Positions 1 to 11,497 of a stretch of 64,000 nucleotides of DNA are shown here, in pieces (within the stretch, counting starts at the first letter, position 1; the number at the start of each line of letters is the position of its first letter). The position numbers were made by a program, and so were the translations under genes. Below the pieces are notes generated by a model. It was not told where the DNA came from and made no database searches. It saw nothing but the letters and a program-made list of their open reading frames with translations. Source of the stretch: Strigamia acuminata. Taxonomy: Eukaryota. The stretch is from NCBI GenBank assembly GCA_949358305.1, contig OX442314.1, positions 31,558,001 to 31,622,000 on the forward strand. The letters are read 5' to 3'.

Positions 1-71
1 GATTTCGATAACATTTTCAGAAACACATTCATATATATGAAAAATGATCATCATTGCACACACAGAGGTGG

Positions 72-434
72 TTGTGTAAAATGATAATTTTTATATCTTA
101 CTATCGTGGCTCTCTGGTTTTGTTTTGGTTTTCTACCCACGTTATCATTGGAAGTTTTATTATCACTTGACTAGTTTCTCTTCCATTTCCCATTTTTGTT
201 TTTTTTCTAATGTTTATGTGACGCAAATTGGGCAAAACTAACCACGTTGTAGCATTTTTAGACCTGAATCGCAAACAAAACGAACATTGTTTTATCACAT
301 ACCAGTGCTGCTTAATGGCCATTGGTTCCTGATTTAGACTTTGATATAACGATCTTGGCTATTCAAAGCAAAAACCTCCTACTAAACCCCACACTCCTGG
401 TAAATGAGTGCCACTGCCATTTCTTCTTTCCATC
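72..434 (-). repeat. Dispersed repeat/degenerate coding fragment, paralogous to 38282-38610
   Basis: Collinear similarity: ttgtgtaaaatgataatttttatat...ttctacccacgttatcattgga...gtgccactgccatttct occurs at both loci. Family not identified. Confidence 0.7.
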
Positions 435-679
435 TAAAATAGGCCTTTTTAGGAAATTTTACTATTATTGCTGCTAAGCGATCATGATAAAAATTACAAA
501 TCCATTTTTCTTGACTTTGTGGTCTCTTCCCATTCTGTATCTCACGGAGGAGAGACGACAGACTAATCCAAATTTTTTCCTCCTGACCCACTTTATCCTT
601 ACTTGAAGGATATATCATAGCTGTACTGTGAGCTTATAATCTATGAACTGAAAACCCAAATATGTATGAACAATTTTTT

Positions 680-935
680 TTAGTAACACTTATAATTGGA
701 ATATTCAATATTACCAATCAAAGCAATGAGCTTTTCAGAGTCTAGTGCGGGCAAAACTTGTTTATCCTTGTTTGCCTTGCTCTCTCTGCGATTGAGTGAA
801 CATATGGCCAACTTATTAGGGGTAAACACCGATCTTGCTAATTCTCTAGCAAAGATTGATGGAGAGTTGCTAAATGATTTCTCATGTTCAAGTTGCAATT
901 TACCTATCATGACACCATTCCCAATATCAACCTGA
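680..935 (-). pseudogene. BEN-domain exon fragment
   Basis: SPSIFARELARSVFTPNKLAICSL...LPALDSEKLIALI fits the BEN pattern (FAR.L...vFt..EL...sl.G...LD...l..I). Confidence 0.65.
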
Positions 936-1218
936 AATAAAAAGAAATGTAGCTAGATAATTGTATAAGTTGATTTACAACCCCTGGCAAATAAAAGCTA
1001 AATAAAAGGAAACATATATTCGTCAACGTAAGTTGGTTTTTAACCCCAATCAAAACTAGTTAGATGAAATATAAAAATATAACAGGTGGGAATGTTAAAC
1101 ACTCATCCTGGGCTCAAGTGATTTGTGCTCGGTGTTTGAGTTCTAAGTTGTGAGTTCCAGTTGGGACTCGGTTGATGAGCAGTTCGTCTTCCCAAGCGTT
1201 AAGGCTCATGAAACATTC

Positions 1219-1555
1219 TCAATGAAGCAAAGAGAAGTGACGATGATGAGTGTATAGCGGCCACTTCTTGATAATAGTACCTTCATCACCACTTGGGCGA
1301 TTGAGTTTTCTTTTTTCCCTATTGTATTTGTCCCTTATTGATTTCCATTGGTCTTTACAGCTTTTTGCTATACAAAAGAAATAAAAATAGTAAATAGAAT
1401 TCATCTCATGTTTATTTATGTTGACTTATCTTACCATCTTGGTGTAATCTGTCTGAAATTGCAGTCCACACATTCTCTCGTAATATTTTATCCCTATACT
1501 GTCGCAGACTAATGTCATAGAGACATTTACTTTCTTCAACTAATTGAACAAGAGA
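1219..1555 (-). pseudogene. MADF (Myb/SANT-like) domain fragment, two exons
   Basis: LVQLVEESKCLYDIS...YRDKN (about 1555-1440), an intron, then CKDQWKSIRDKYNREKRKL...SG...KWPLY. Typical MADF signature. Confidence 0.75.
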
Positions 1556-2784
1556 GAATTCTGTCTCACTTGTCCAACGTGGTGCTACCATTTTGAATTA
1601 ATTGTGAAGTTGGTGACGACGGGTGCGAAGTGTTGCCACACGCCGCTTCTCGGACCACCAGCCGCTCAACCTCTTCTCGACGCATACTTTGAGGGCTTTC
1701 TGTCGCGCGCTCCTCCGTAAAAAAATAAGGCAGCTTCTCAACTAGGCTTGAAAAAGGGCCTCGCATCAGCTGATACGCGTTGTAGGCACCGAGGTATAAA
1801 CTTGGCTGGACGGAGTAGGCATTACTAACCCGATTTTTCTACAGTCAAGGGAAAGTGAACTTTTTGAAGTCGCATAACCGCCTCGTCGCAGGCATCACAA
1901 CGCATTGGAACGCATGGATGCATCCCAACATCGGCCAATACTTATTGTTGAGCATCTTTGATCAGCTGAATGCGTTTGGAATGGTCTTCAAATGCATTAG
2001 CTGGATTCATGATGGCCACAATCTGGTCGTAAAGAAAGATGGAGATGGGACGAATGGCTTCGTGGACGCGTTTCCCCCAGTACGCTGTGGTGGTGGGTTC
2101 TTCTCTGTCCCATTTGGGAATGCTTATGCATTGAGGAATCGAGATTGCTCCAATCGTCATGCGCGGACTTGGTAAGGTAAGGGGCTCAACGTCCGTTTGG
2201 CTGGTGCCTCGGAGACAGGGACATCGCCTTGGGAGACAGGGATAGCGTCTTGGAGACGGACAGCACTGGAGTCCGTTTTCGCGCTTTCCTCTTTGCATTC
2301 ATCCACTGACGATCGAGTCAATCGTCACGTAAATCAACGTCTAACTGCTTGGCGGCGGCGGCATGCGCAGCTATCACCGTGGCAGTTTCGGGATTGCGTA
2401 TGGCTAGCTCAGCCGGGTGTTCCAAATGGGATCCATGAATTTATGACACTTGGTGCAAGTTTCCCATCGCTTTTTGCCTTCAGCAACTGGAATGTCCGAT
2501 GGGAGACAGGTGTTTGAAGTTTGGTCTGGTGCTACTATACTTGTAGAGTGTTCTTGTACAGTTTCCATTGGTTGTATTGACTCTATTTCATCACAAGCTG
2601 TGCCATTGATCATGGGTTCTAGGATGTCACTTGCTGACAGCCCTTCTGCTATATAAATCAAAACATATGTTTATTACATTTCTATAAATTAATGTTTAAT
2701 TATAAATATTTTAAATGAAATTTAAAAAAAATCAATTTATTCAAATTTCTTGTATTTAATTTAAAATTAATGTCTTATTGTTTC

Positions 2785-3545
2785 TTAAAAGTATTTACCT
2801 GAGTCAAAACCAGAATTACTTGCTATGCTGAGTGGTCGGGCAGATATTAATTCATCCATTCGGTCGTTCCAAGCATCTTCTAGTTCTTCTGGCAGTTGCT
2901 CATCCCATGGCAGATTTCGCAGCCATAATGATTGAAAAAATATTCTTGCTGTGATCGTGAAGGGACTTGCAAATCCAAGTGGATCAAATATTTGTGCGGT
3001 AATTTTTATCACTTCTCTTTTAGTGACTTGTTTGGTTTTTTGGTTTGTTGTGTTTTCCACATCCAATCCTAAGGTGTCCATTTTGGGTTTTTATTTCAGA
3101 CCAAGTATCTTTGTGTTGTCGTCATCGGTTAGCTGGGCGTCGGACGGGATTTCTCATCAAAATAATTTTCTCAAGTTGTCGGAATTTGATTGCCATTTGA
3201 TGAGTTGCATTCCTTCGCTGTCCAATATCTGTCTTGATTGCTGAAAAACTTCAATTGCTTCCATTTCATTAATCAGTGATGTGATGAAGTCATCCATATA
3301 AATAAATTTATTCAAAAGTTCAAATGCTAATGGATACTCATGCTTGAATTTTTGGATGTGATGCTTTATGGTGGCGCTGAGCAAAAATGGGCTGGGCGCA
3401 GCTCTGAAAAGCACACGTGTTTGGCGCAATATATGAATCACTGCCTTGCCAATGCCATCCCAGTTGTCCTCAATCCACAGAAAGAGATTGGTATCTCTGT
3501 CCTTTGCTGCAATTTAGATCATATGAAAAGCTTTCCTTATGTCGC
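2785..3545 (-). mobile_element. pol: BEL/Pao LTR retrotransposon pol fragment (RT to Pao peptidase A17/RNase H region), frameshifted
   Basis: [23 protein letters not shown], then TKREVIKITAQIFDPLGFASPF...LPWDEQLP. Confidence 0.85.
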
Positions 3546-5027
3546 TCCATAGTGGTCGGCTCCTTGGGGACAATCCCAAAGAAAACCGTGGAACATCTTT
3601 GGTCGGTGGCGTTGTGTTCGAGCAGATTGCTGGAGAATCTGAGTCGGGTCGCGCTGAACAGGTCTGCCCGGTTATGTCGTTCACTATCTTTGTGAGATTT
3701 TGATTCCCTCGGTGAATAAATTGGATAGTTTGGTTACATATATCAGAAAAGGCGACTCAGTTGATAGTTGTTCGTGTGCGTGGGTTAACCTCTCGGACAC
3801 TTACATCAGGCGCAAAAATAGCCTCCTTCCAAATAGGTTCATCTTTTGCCAAGCTGGGGACCTTAAATTTTTCGTCAGCTGACAAGAATAAAGGTTATGC
3901 GAGCGTCGGTGACGCTTTTGGCTTGGCCGAAGCAGTACGTGGCTTTTGGGATGCAGGAAAAGGCATATGCGGTTGGGGGGAGAAAGCTCCCGGTTGTTGA
4001 CCTTTACGGTTGGTCGGCTTAGGGTTGTTACGACGAAAATGTGAATTGAAGTTATTTCCCTGATAATTGACAACTTGTTGAAAGTGTTTCTTTCTTTTTT
4101 AAAATTTCTTGCGAAAAGTGAAAAGTGAAAAAGCGAAGTTGTGAACTTCTGTTCTCTAACAGTAATAAACCTGGGATCATAGCAGACAAGATTTCACCTA
4201 GTGAAATGAGATCCCAACCGGACGACATAAGAACAAAAACATAAGTAAGAACGAAAACAGGTATTTTAGAACACTACCTTTTGCTTAGTATTTTTGAGGC
4301 AGAACGCAGAATCAAGCCTTGGTGTGCCGCCAACGCAGCTGCTGCTGTTGTCCTTGATCTATCCTGATTCAAATTCCCAGGCGTAGAGGTAGAATTTACT
4401 TCTATTCTCTCCAGTTCTTTTTCAAATTCATCAACTTCTATCTGCGCCAGGAAGAGCGCATCAAAATATATCTTGGGGTCCCTCGTGTCCTTGACGGACA
4501 CGCCTAAAATATATACAGTATTTAGCATTCATACAGGACAAATAAATAAATGAAATTTAGCTTACCTTCATAATAATTATTTAAAGGAGCATAATTGCTA
4601 TATGCTATAACAAATTGATTGGAAAGGTATTATTCAAAATGAAGATATAATAACTTTTACCAAGTAAAAAAAAATTATTCTTGCAATCTGGGCATTTATT
4701 GCGCTCCAAAACATCTGTTGAGGAAAGTGTTAAGGAATGTCTTATTCAAAGAGAAGTAATGTCAGTTATGTCAAAAACCTAAGGTGTGCAGAAAATTATG
4801 ACTTTCAAGTTCTCATTATCCGAGGCATCTAGATAATGTGTCGAACTTTTATATACTACCGATGTGATGTTTCGGTCCTTCCTCTGTGTGGGTCCTTGTT
4901 GGTTAATGTAAAGTCTCTTTTTGGCCACAAAATGATTTGTTCTTAACTTGATCGAAAGCAAGCAACAACTGATACAAACATAATATTTAGATTTTAAAAG
5001 TAAACTAGCACAACAAAAGAACAATAC

Positions 5028-5620
5028 TGTGACCGCCAGGCCACCTAGGTGACCTACGGCACTGCCACACACCACCGTGCGGCCCCAAAGGTCAACCCCT
5101 ACGCGGGTAGTTGACCTAGCCCGGGGAGGAGGGAGTGGAGTGGTGTGGTGAGGAGGGAGTGTTGTGAGAGAGTGGAGTGTGGGACACGGCCTGAGAAGGA
5201 CGTGCCTGCAGCAGCTCCCCGAGAGGAGAAGGTGTTCATCTGGGAGGGACAAGAAGTGTCCCGGTTTGACTCTGTACTCCTCACCATTCACCACGATGAT
5301 ACTCAGTATGACGGCTCCCACCGTTATACAGCCTCCATAAGTGGACGCGTGGGTCGTAGGTAAGTACGACACGAATGTTAAGTCGAACCGACCACGCCAC
5401 GCATTGGGTTCCCACCCAGTGTGTGGCGGGTCGGTTGCCGGTGCGGTGTGCCTTCGTGGCACCTCTGCAGCGGGTGACGGGTTTCCCCATACCCCTAGAC
5501 AACGCAATAAAGGCCAACCAACCAATATTGTGGGAAGTCTCCGTCATTTACGTGAAGTATGCGTCCCTACCAAGTGTTCTCAGTCCCCTGACTACACTGG
5601 AAGAGACCATAGCAGTCACA
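5028..5620 (+). repeat. 5' LTR of element 1
   Basis: TGTGACCGCC...GCAGTCACA, with AATAAA near 5506. Matches 16799-17391 except three substitutions that I could spot. Confidence 0.95.
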
Positions 5621-5621
5621 A

Positions 5622-5647
5622 TTGAGGGCCCTGTCCTGGATTTGAAC
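5622..5647 (+). promoter_or_regulatory. Primer-binding site, imperfect complement of the tRNA-Pro 3' end
   Basis: TTGAGGGCCCTGTCCTGGATTTGAAC versus the tRNA-Pro complement TGGGGGCTCGTCCGGGATTTGAAC, immediately after the LTR. Confidence 0.75.
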
Positions 5648-7962
5648 TTGTTAAATTTTTTTTTTTTGCCCGCCATTTTGTTTTGCTTTGTGTGCAAACC
5701 CTTTGTTTCATTGTGGTTGCCGTTTGCTTCAATTTTTTGTTGCAGGTTGTTTTATTCATTGTTCAGAGTGTTGGTACATTTTTGCTTTATTTTTTGGCGG
5801 GGAACAATTGTATTGTTTTTCATTTTCTTGTTTTTTTTGGATTTTGGGTTAAATATTTTTCTTTGAGACTGAGGAATTTGAAGGGTGTTTTTGTTTGTCA
5901 CTTTGAGTCGCGTGAGAGGCTTAGTTGTGAGGGCTGGGCACTTTTTCATTTGAAGGTCTTGGAATTATGTTTTTCTCTGTGCTGTTGTGGTTGGGGCTCT
6001 GAAATTTATTTTCAGACGCGCTGCAACTGACCAAAGCACTTTGATGTTTTGTTCCTCTAATTAGCTTGGGGAGTCTTGCTCTTTCCCTTAGGCGGCTACA
6101 GGAATAGACACCATTGTGTATCTTCTTTTGTGTTCTCCACCCCTTGTACTTAATTGAACTGCAGTGACCTTGTTTGAATTTTCATTTCTGCTGTTGTTTA
6201 ATTTTTGTGCCGGGTTGGGAAACATTTGTTTTTCTTCTGCCACACTTTTTCTCTTGTTTGGGCTGGGTAATGCTCAGGTCTTGGGTTAATTTGTGCAATT
6301 TTATATTATTTTTTTTTTGGTTTATTTTTCTTTTGTGTTTGGTCTGGTTAGGATTGGATTGAGTTGTTTTTTTTAGATTCATCTCGTGAAGGTAATATTC
6401 AGCCAACACACTAGTTTAATTTCCAATTTTATTTTGTTTGTTTGGTGTTTTTCTTTGTGTGTTTGGCTTGGCTTGAGTCTGACCTCGTTTATTCCTATAA
6501 TTAGCTTGGGGGGACAAGGGTCAACCAGCACACAAGTTGGACACCCCCTTATTTTTAATTTTATGATTTTTCTTTTCTTGGTGTGCAACCTATAGAGGTG
6601 AGAAACCATTTGTAGGTGCTCAGATGTTGTGGTTTGGAGTGTTGAATTAGATCTGGTTCATCATTTCAGACACAATTGAAAGTGGGGTGTGTAGAGGTTG
6701 GTTTTCACGAGCCAACAATGTGTTACTCATGACATTCCTGAGGTTACGCTGACGTAATGAGTGTCTTAGAGGGTTGACACCACACTGGACATTTGGTAGA
6801 TTAAGTTCTTTTATTTCTCTCTCTGGGTCGGGCGATTTGGTGCTTTTTCCGAGTGTGTTTTTTGGCGGGAAATGTGTTTGTGGTGTTGTTGTGGTGGGCA
6901 GGCATGCTGCTGGGTGCAGTATATCCCAGTTCAGCCCTGTGCTTCGCCCGGACAGCAATAAACTAATGCGGTATATTTAGGGAAGCGCTGTTCATTACTG
7001 GCCAGAGGTACATTCCTGGTTTCAGCGGTTTGATTAATCTTTTGAATTACAGGCACATGTACTTAAGGAGAGCACACGGAGACTGGGTTTCCAACCCTGT
7101 CCCGGGCACTGGTGGAAGCAGTTTGACGTGGTTTTGGCTTTTTTGTGTTTTTGTGGCCACTTATGGCACATTTTTGTCAATTTCACTGCCTTACTGTCGA
7201 AATTGGGTCTCGGACAGCAGGGAGGGCGGCTCTTGCAGGGGACTGCTGGAGTGTCGAGCCTAACGGTATTTGCTTTCAAACCGCGCGTGGAATGCTTGCA
7301 AATACGAATTGGGTGGCTAACAGCTTCAAACGAAGACTGTGAATCCAGCCCAACATCTTTCAGACTTTTATTTTTTCAATGTGCTGTGTGCGGATCCCTT
7401 TTCCCAAATTTTGTGAAACACACCACATTTTTCTTGTTCCCTTCTTTTATCCTATTTCTACTCTAATTTCATATCCGGGTTGGAAAGGAGTGAGGCTCCC
7501 GGGGATTGGACCTAACTTTCCCTGGCGCTGGACTGTGTTCAGTTGCAATATTCTCCGATCTGACTCAGGCTCGGTTCGCCAATTTCCCTTCACTCTTAGT
7601 CTGAGGCGACTGAGTCACATTTTTTTTTGCCTCATCAGGATTATCGCGATCTTGATGGTGTTTTGGGTGTGATTTCGGTGCAGGAGCAGGCAATATCGGA
7701 GGAATCCTAAAACACGCGATTTTAGCGTTTTCAGCAGAGGTTAAACCTGGTGGTAGACGTGTACACCAGCGCAAAGGAAAACGTACGACCTTAGCATCGA
7801 AGCTGTGGGGCGCGATGAGAAAATGCCACGAAAAATCGATATACGCAGTTTTTTCTACTTGGTTCTGGCGCGAATAATTTAGAACACGAAGGGAAAGACG
7901 AATCATGCATTGGTTTGTTAGTTTGGGAGTGTCAGAGAACTTCCAGTCGCCCATTTCTATCT

Positions 7963-8082
7963 TCTGGGGCGTGGATAAATGCCGGAAAGGTGTTCGCTAA
8001 TTTTTTATTTTGGGGCGTGGATTAAGAACCAAAATATAACCGCTAATTTGATTTTTTGGGGCGGAGAGATGAACCAAAACTT
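7963..8082 (+). repeat. Imperfect ~45-50 bp tandem repeat (3 copies) in the element 1 leader
   Basis: Recurring (cgctaattt)...tggggcg(t)gga...(aaccaaaa) blocks. Confidence 0.55.
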
Positions 8083-8590
8083 GATGTTTTATTGTTTTCA
8101 ATAAAAAGACTTTCATTGTAATTTATCATATTTTATTTTTGAAGGTACACGGAATGCAGTGACAGGTTGATGACGAGGTCAGGGTTCGACCATTGACCCG
8201 CCACTCCTCTGTTTAATCGGTTTTAGCATAAAAGGCATGGACTCTGTTGAAAGAACAGGATGGCACCCCGGTGCGCGACTTTGGTCTTCACCAGATGTTC
8301 GATTGCCAATTAGCTAAAAATAGAATCAAGGGCCCTTGAGGCACTGAGAAGCGCTCGAAGGTCCAACACATGGCCAGTGGTTGGACATTCCTTTGAAAGG
8401 GATGCTGAGATCTTTTGTAAAATAATTGTGGTCGACCTAGTTGTAGGTGGCTGTAATTGGTCAAGGTACCCCTGACTTTGGTTTGCCTGTAAGAAGTGAA
8501 AGTGTCCTTGGATTCCTTCTCACTCCTTGCCTGTGCGTGGTCTTGACTGCACACACTTGGTTACCACTGGTTGCAAAGAAATAGCATCTT

Positions 8591-11497
8591 ATGGCAAGCA
8601 AGGATCTCGATTCGGCTTGGGCCAGAGAACTGGCTGTTCTTTGCGACGTCGATCCATGCGACATTAAGACGCAGGACGATGTCATGGAACTCATTCGGTT
8701 ATTTCAACGCGAAAAGCAGCTGGCAGCACTTGATGCCGCCGCTGCGCATGGCGAAGCAATTTGGTCGAATTTTGCCGCAGAACAGGTGCGTAAAGCAGCT
8801 GTTCGTGCGCGGAATGAGGCCAGCGTCATGGCGGAAGCTTGGGCAAGATCCGCGGTGTCGCAGCAATTGGATTTCAGTAAACGTATCATGGAATTGTCCA
8901 GCAGGTCGACGATAACTCGAGCCGCTGCATCGGACGATTCGGACGTTGAAAGCGAGCCGGAGGAGGTGGACCTGGTCCCGGAGAACGGTGTGGTTCAACC
9001 CGCCGAACTCTACGACCGGATCTCGCCTCCCCAGCCGCTAGAAACAGTCGAGGCGGATGAAGGCGTCGTAGCAGATGGCTCACCGCCCGACCAAGTCTGT
9101 TTCGTAGGCTTAGCCGTCGGAGCGGTCTGGGATACGGTGAGTGTCGCCGGACTGGGCAGAGATTTCCCTCTCCCGTTTGTCGACATTCGTTTTTCCGACC
9201 GCGAAGCGGTGGCACTTATGGATACCGCTGCTTCAGGGCAGTATATGAGTAGTGCCGCGGCCGAGAAATACGGACTAACAGCCTCGATTGAACCCTGTGA
9301 CGATTTCGTTAGGGTTATGACGGGCGATAGAGTAACCAGTCCCTTGGGGACGGTGAGATTGTACGTCAGCTGGCAGACGGGGGAAGATTGGTTACGGTTT
9401 GCGGTGTTACCTTCTTCTTCTAACTTCATCCTTTTGGGGTGTAGTTGGTTGAGGGAATATGGCATTGTAATTCGCATTTCCCGGAACGATTGGTTTAAAG
9501 CCGATAATCCAGGGATGACGTTTCCTTTCGCTCCTCGGCCTAGACAGCTAGACGACAGTGGTGCAGATGTTGACAAGTGGGCAAGGGTCACGCTGGAATA
9601 CGGCGTCGACACGGCCGCACTGTCACTATCATCCAAACAATTAGATTTGTTGGAAGACTGCAAAATAGAAGATATGCGGAAGATGAGATTGGCTCGTGTG
9701 CTCGACGAGTTCAGCCACACCTTCAGCGAGATGGGAGGCTGTCATCCGACGGTGGAACTTCGGATCCCCACGTTTAATGAGCCATCCTTCTCGTGCGATA
9801 TCAAACCAACATCCCCTGCTCAAGCGAAAGCTCTGCGCCGGTTGGTGAGATGCGCGCTGAAAAAGGGTGAAATAGAAAAGAGTGCCAGTGCTTATAGGAA
9901 CCAGCCGGTGATAAGTATATTACCTGACGGAACCTTTGACGCTTGCATCGATTTTAGACAGCTGAATTCAGTCACGGAGAGAGACACGTACCCGGTCCCG
10001 TCTATTCCCATGATTTTGGCCTGTTTGGAAGGGAGTCTATTCTTCTCTACTTTGGATCTGGCTATGGGCTGCTTTCAGGTAAGGATTGCGCCCAAGGACA
10101 GACCTAAGACGGCGTTTTACACACCTCAAGGTACCTTTCAGTTCGTGAAATTGCCCTACGGATTGTTGAATACCCCTGTGGCATTTCAACGGCTGATGGG
10201 GAAGGTGCTCGGCGAATCGAAGTTTAAGTGGGCGTTGCCCTACCTGGACTCGATTGTGGTGTTCAGCAAAACTTTTGAGGAACACCTGACACACCTGTCC
10301 GACGTGCTGAGCAGGCTGAGCAAATTTTGCTTGACCGCTAGCCCGTCTGGATCTTGTGTGATATCTACTTCTTGGGACTTTCTTGGCTATTCTATGACTC
10401 CCGCAGGTTTTCGACCGAACGAACGCCGTGTTCAGGCGATCGTGGACTACCCGCGACCAGCGAATGTCGCCCAGCTGCGACGTTTCCTCGGCATGTTTGG
10501 AGGAGACACACCGCCGATCGAGGGACTGGAACATTTGTCGAACCCGCTGGATGACCTACTCACAGTGGGTGCGGAATGGAATTGGTCCGACGAGTGTCAG
10601 GGAGTATTCGAATTTTTCAAGGATCATCTTTCGCGTGGGATCGTGCAGCCGATGCCTGATTTCGGCAAGACCTTTGTCATCCAGGCTGCCGCAAGTTTGA
10701 CCGGGCTCGGTGCAGTCCTCACGCAGATCGATCATCTGGGGGTCAAAAGACCCGTTGCTTACGCGAGTCGTGCGCTGCAAGGCGCCGAGACAGTGTTAAG
10801 CCCGCCGGAACTCGATTGTCTGGCAGTTCTGCAGGCAGTCGCTTCCTTTCGATCTTTCATCGCGTATTCAAAATTCGAAATCGAAACAGGTTGCGTGGCG
10901 TTGTTTTGGTTATTACACTCAATCAACACGTCAGGTCGCCTGGTGCGGTGGGCAATGCAGCTCCAACAGGTGAGATTCTCTTTTAAATTCAGGAGAGATG
11001 TGGACGATCGGATCGCAGTCGCTCTTTCTCGTGTGGGCCTAGATGACGATGAAACGACATTGGCGGCCTCACGCGAAGAAAAAGCTGCTTCCATGCTTGC
11101 CCACACTCTGGTCTCAGAAAGCCTCGCTGGTGCGATCATGTCTTACGATGAGATTAGGCAGAACCAGCGGGCAGACGCCGATTGTAGCGCGATCATGAGA
11201 TGGTTAGACGAAGACCGAGAAGACGACAGTCTTCTGGCCCAACTCCCACCACCCATGGCACAGTACATGTCCGATTATACGTTCGGCGAATGCGGAGAAT
11301 TGTGTATCAATACCCCGTTCTCACCCGAATCGTCACTGACCAGGACGGAGCAAGGCTTGGACGTAAAAATCCTGATGCCTGCACCGCTAGCTGACCGTTG
11401 CCTCGACGTCATTCGATTGCATCCTCGCTACACGCAGGATAACGCAGCCGACATGGTGAAAAGGCTACGACGCATTTTTTTCTGGCCAGGAACTTAG
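8591..11497 (+). CDS. pol: Ty3/gypsy Pol-like protein (aspartic protease-RT-RNase H) with substituted catalytic motifs; ends at the start of the integrase zinc-binding region
   Basis: ALMDTAAS (PR), CIDFRQLN, LDLAMGCFQV, KTAF.TP.G.FQF..LPYGL, YLDS, QAAASLTGLGAVLTQ, PVAYASRAL, GRLVRWAMQLQ, FFWPGT-stop. Confidence 0.9.
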   Translation: MASKDLDSAWARELAVLCDVDPCDIKTQDDVMELIRLFQREKQLAALDAAAAHGEAIWSNFAAEQVRKAAVRARNEASVMAEAWARSAVSQQLDFSKRIMELSSRSTITRAAASDDSDVESEPEEVDLVPENGVVQPAELYDRISPPQPLETVEADEGVVADGSPPDQVCFVGLAVGAVWDTVSVAGLGRDFPLPFVDIRFSDREAVALMDTAASGQYMSSAAAEKYGLTASIEPCDDFVRVMTGDRVTSPLGTVRLYVSWQTGEDWLRFAVLPSSSNFILLGCSWLREYGIVIRISRNDWFKADNPGMTFPFAPRPRQLDDSGADVDKWARVTLEYGVDTAALSLSSKQLDLLEDCKIEDMRKMRLARVLDEFSHTFSEMGGCHPTVELRIPTFNEPSFSCDIKPTSPAQAKALRRLVRCALKKGEIEKSASAYRNQPVISILPDGTFDACIDFRQLNSVTERDTYPVPSIPMILACLEGSLFFSTLDLAMGCFQVRIAPKDRPKTAFYTPQGTFQFVKLPYGLLNTPVAFQRLMGKVLGESKFKWALPYLDSIVVFSKTFEEHLTHLSDVLSRLSKFCLTASPSGSCVISTSWDFLGYSMTPAGFRPNERRVQAIVDYPRPANVAQLRRFLGMFGGDTPPIEGLEHLSNPLDDLLTVGAEWNWSDECQGVFEFFKDHLSRGIVQPMPDFGKTFVIQAAASLTGLGAVLTQIDHLGVKRPVAYASRALQGAETVLSPPELDCLAVLQAVASFRSFIAYSKFEIETGCVALFWLLHSINTSGRLVRWAMQLQQVRFSFKFRRDVDDRIAVALSRVGLDDDETTLAASREEKAASMLAHTLVSESLAGAIMSYDEIRQNQRADADCSAIMRWLDEDREDDSLLAQLPPPMAQYMSDYTFGECGELCINTPFSPESSLTRTEQGLDVKILMPAPLADRCLDVIRLHPRYTQDNAADMVKRLRRIFFWPGT

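Noticed and set aside
5357..5365. LTR splice donor AG/GTAAGT as the partner for the ORF2 acceptor
   Set aside because: Joining it after the nearby ATG (present only in the 3' LTR copy) gives the wrong frame, so the donor remains unidentified.
5622..5647. tRNA gene
   Set aside because: Only the 3' ~25 nt are complementary to tRNA-Pro and it abuts an LTR, so it is a PBS.
4779..5866. ORFs overlapping the LTR (248 aa, 163 aa and others; repeated at 16772-17465)
   Set aside because: They cross LTR boundaries and reflect GC-rich LTR or T-rich leader composition. No domain support.
9010..11139. Long antisense ORFs inside pol (and inside ORF2 and the Copia ORF)
   Set aside because: Shadow frames of GC-rich coding sequence.
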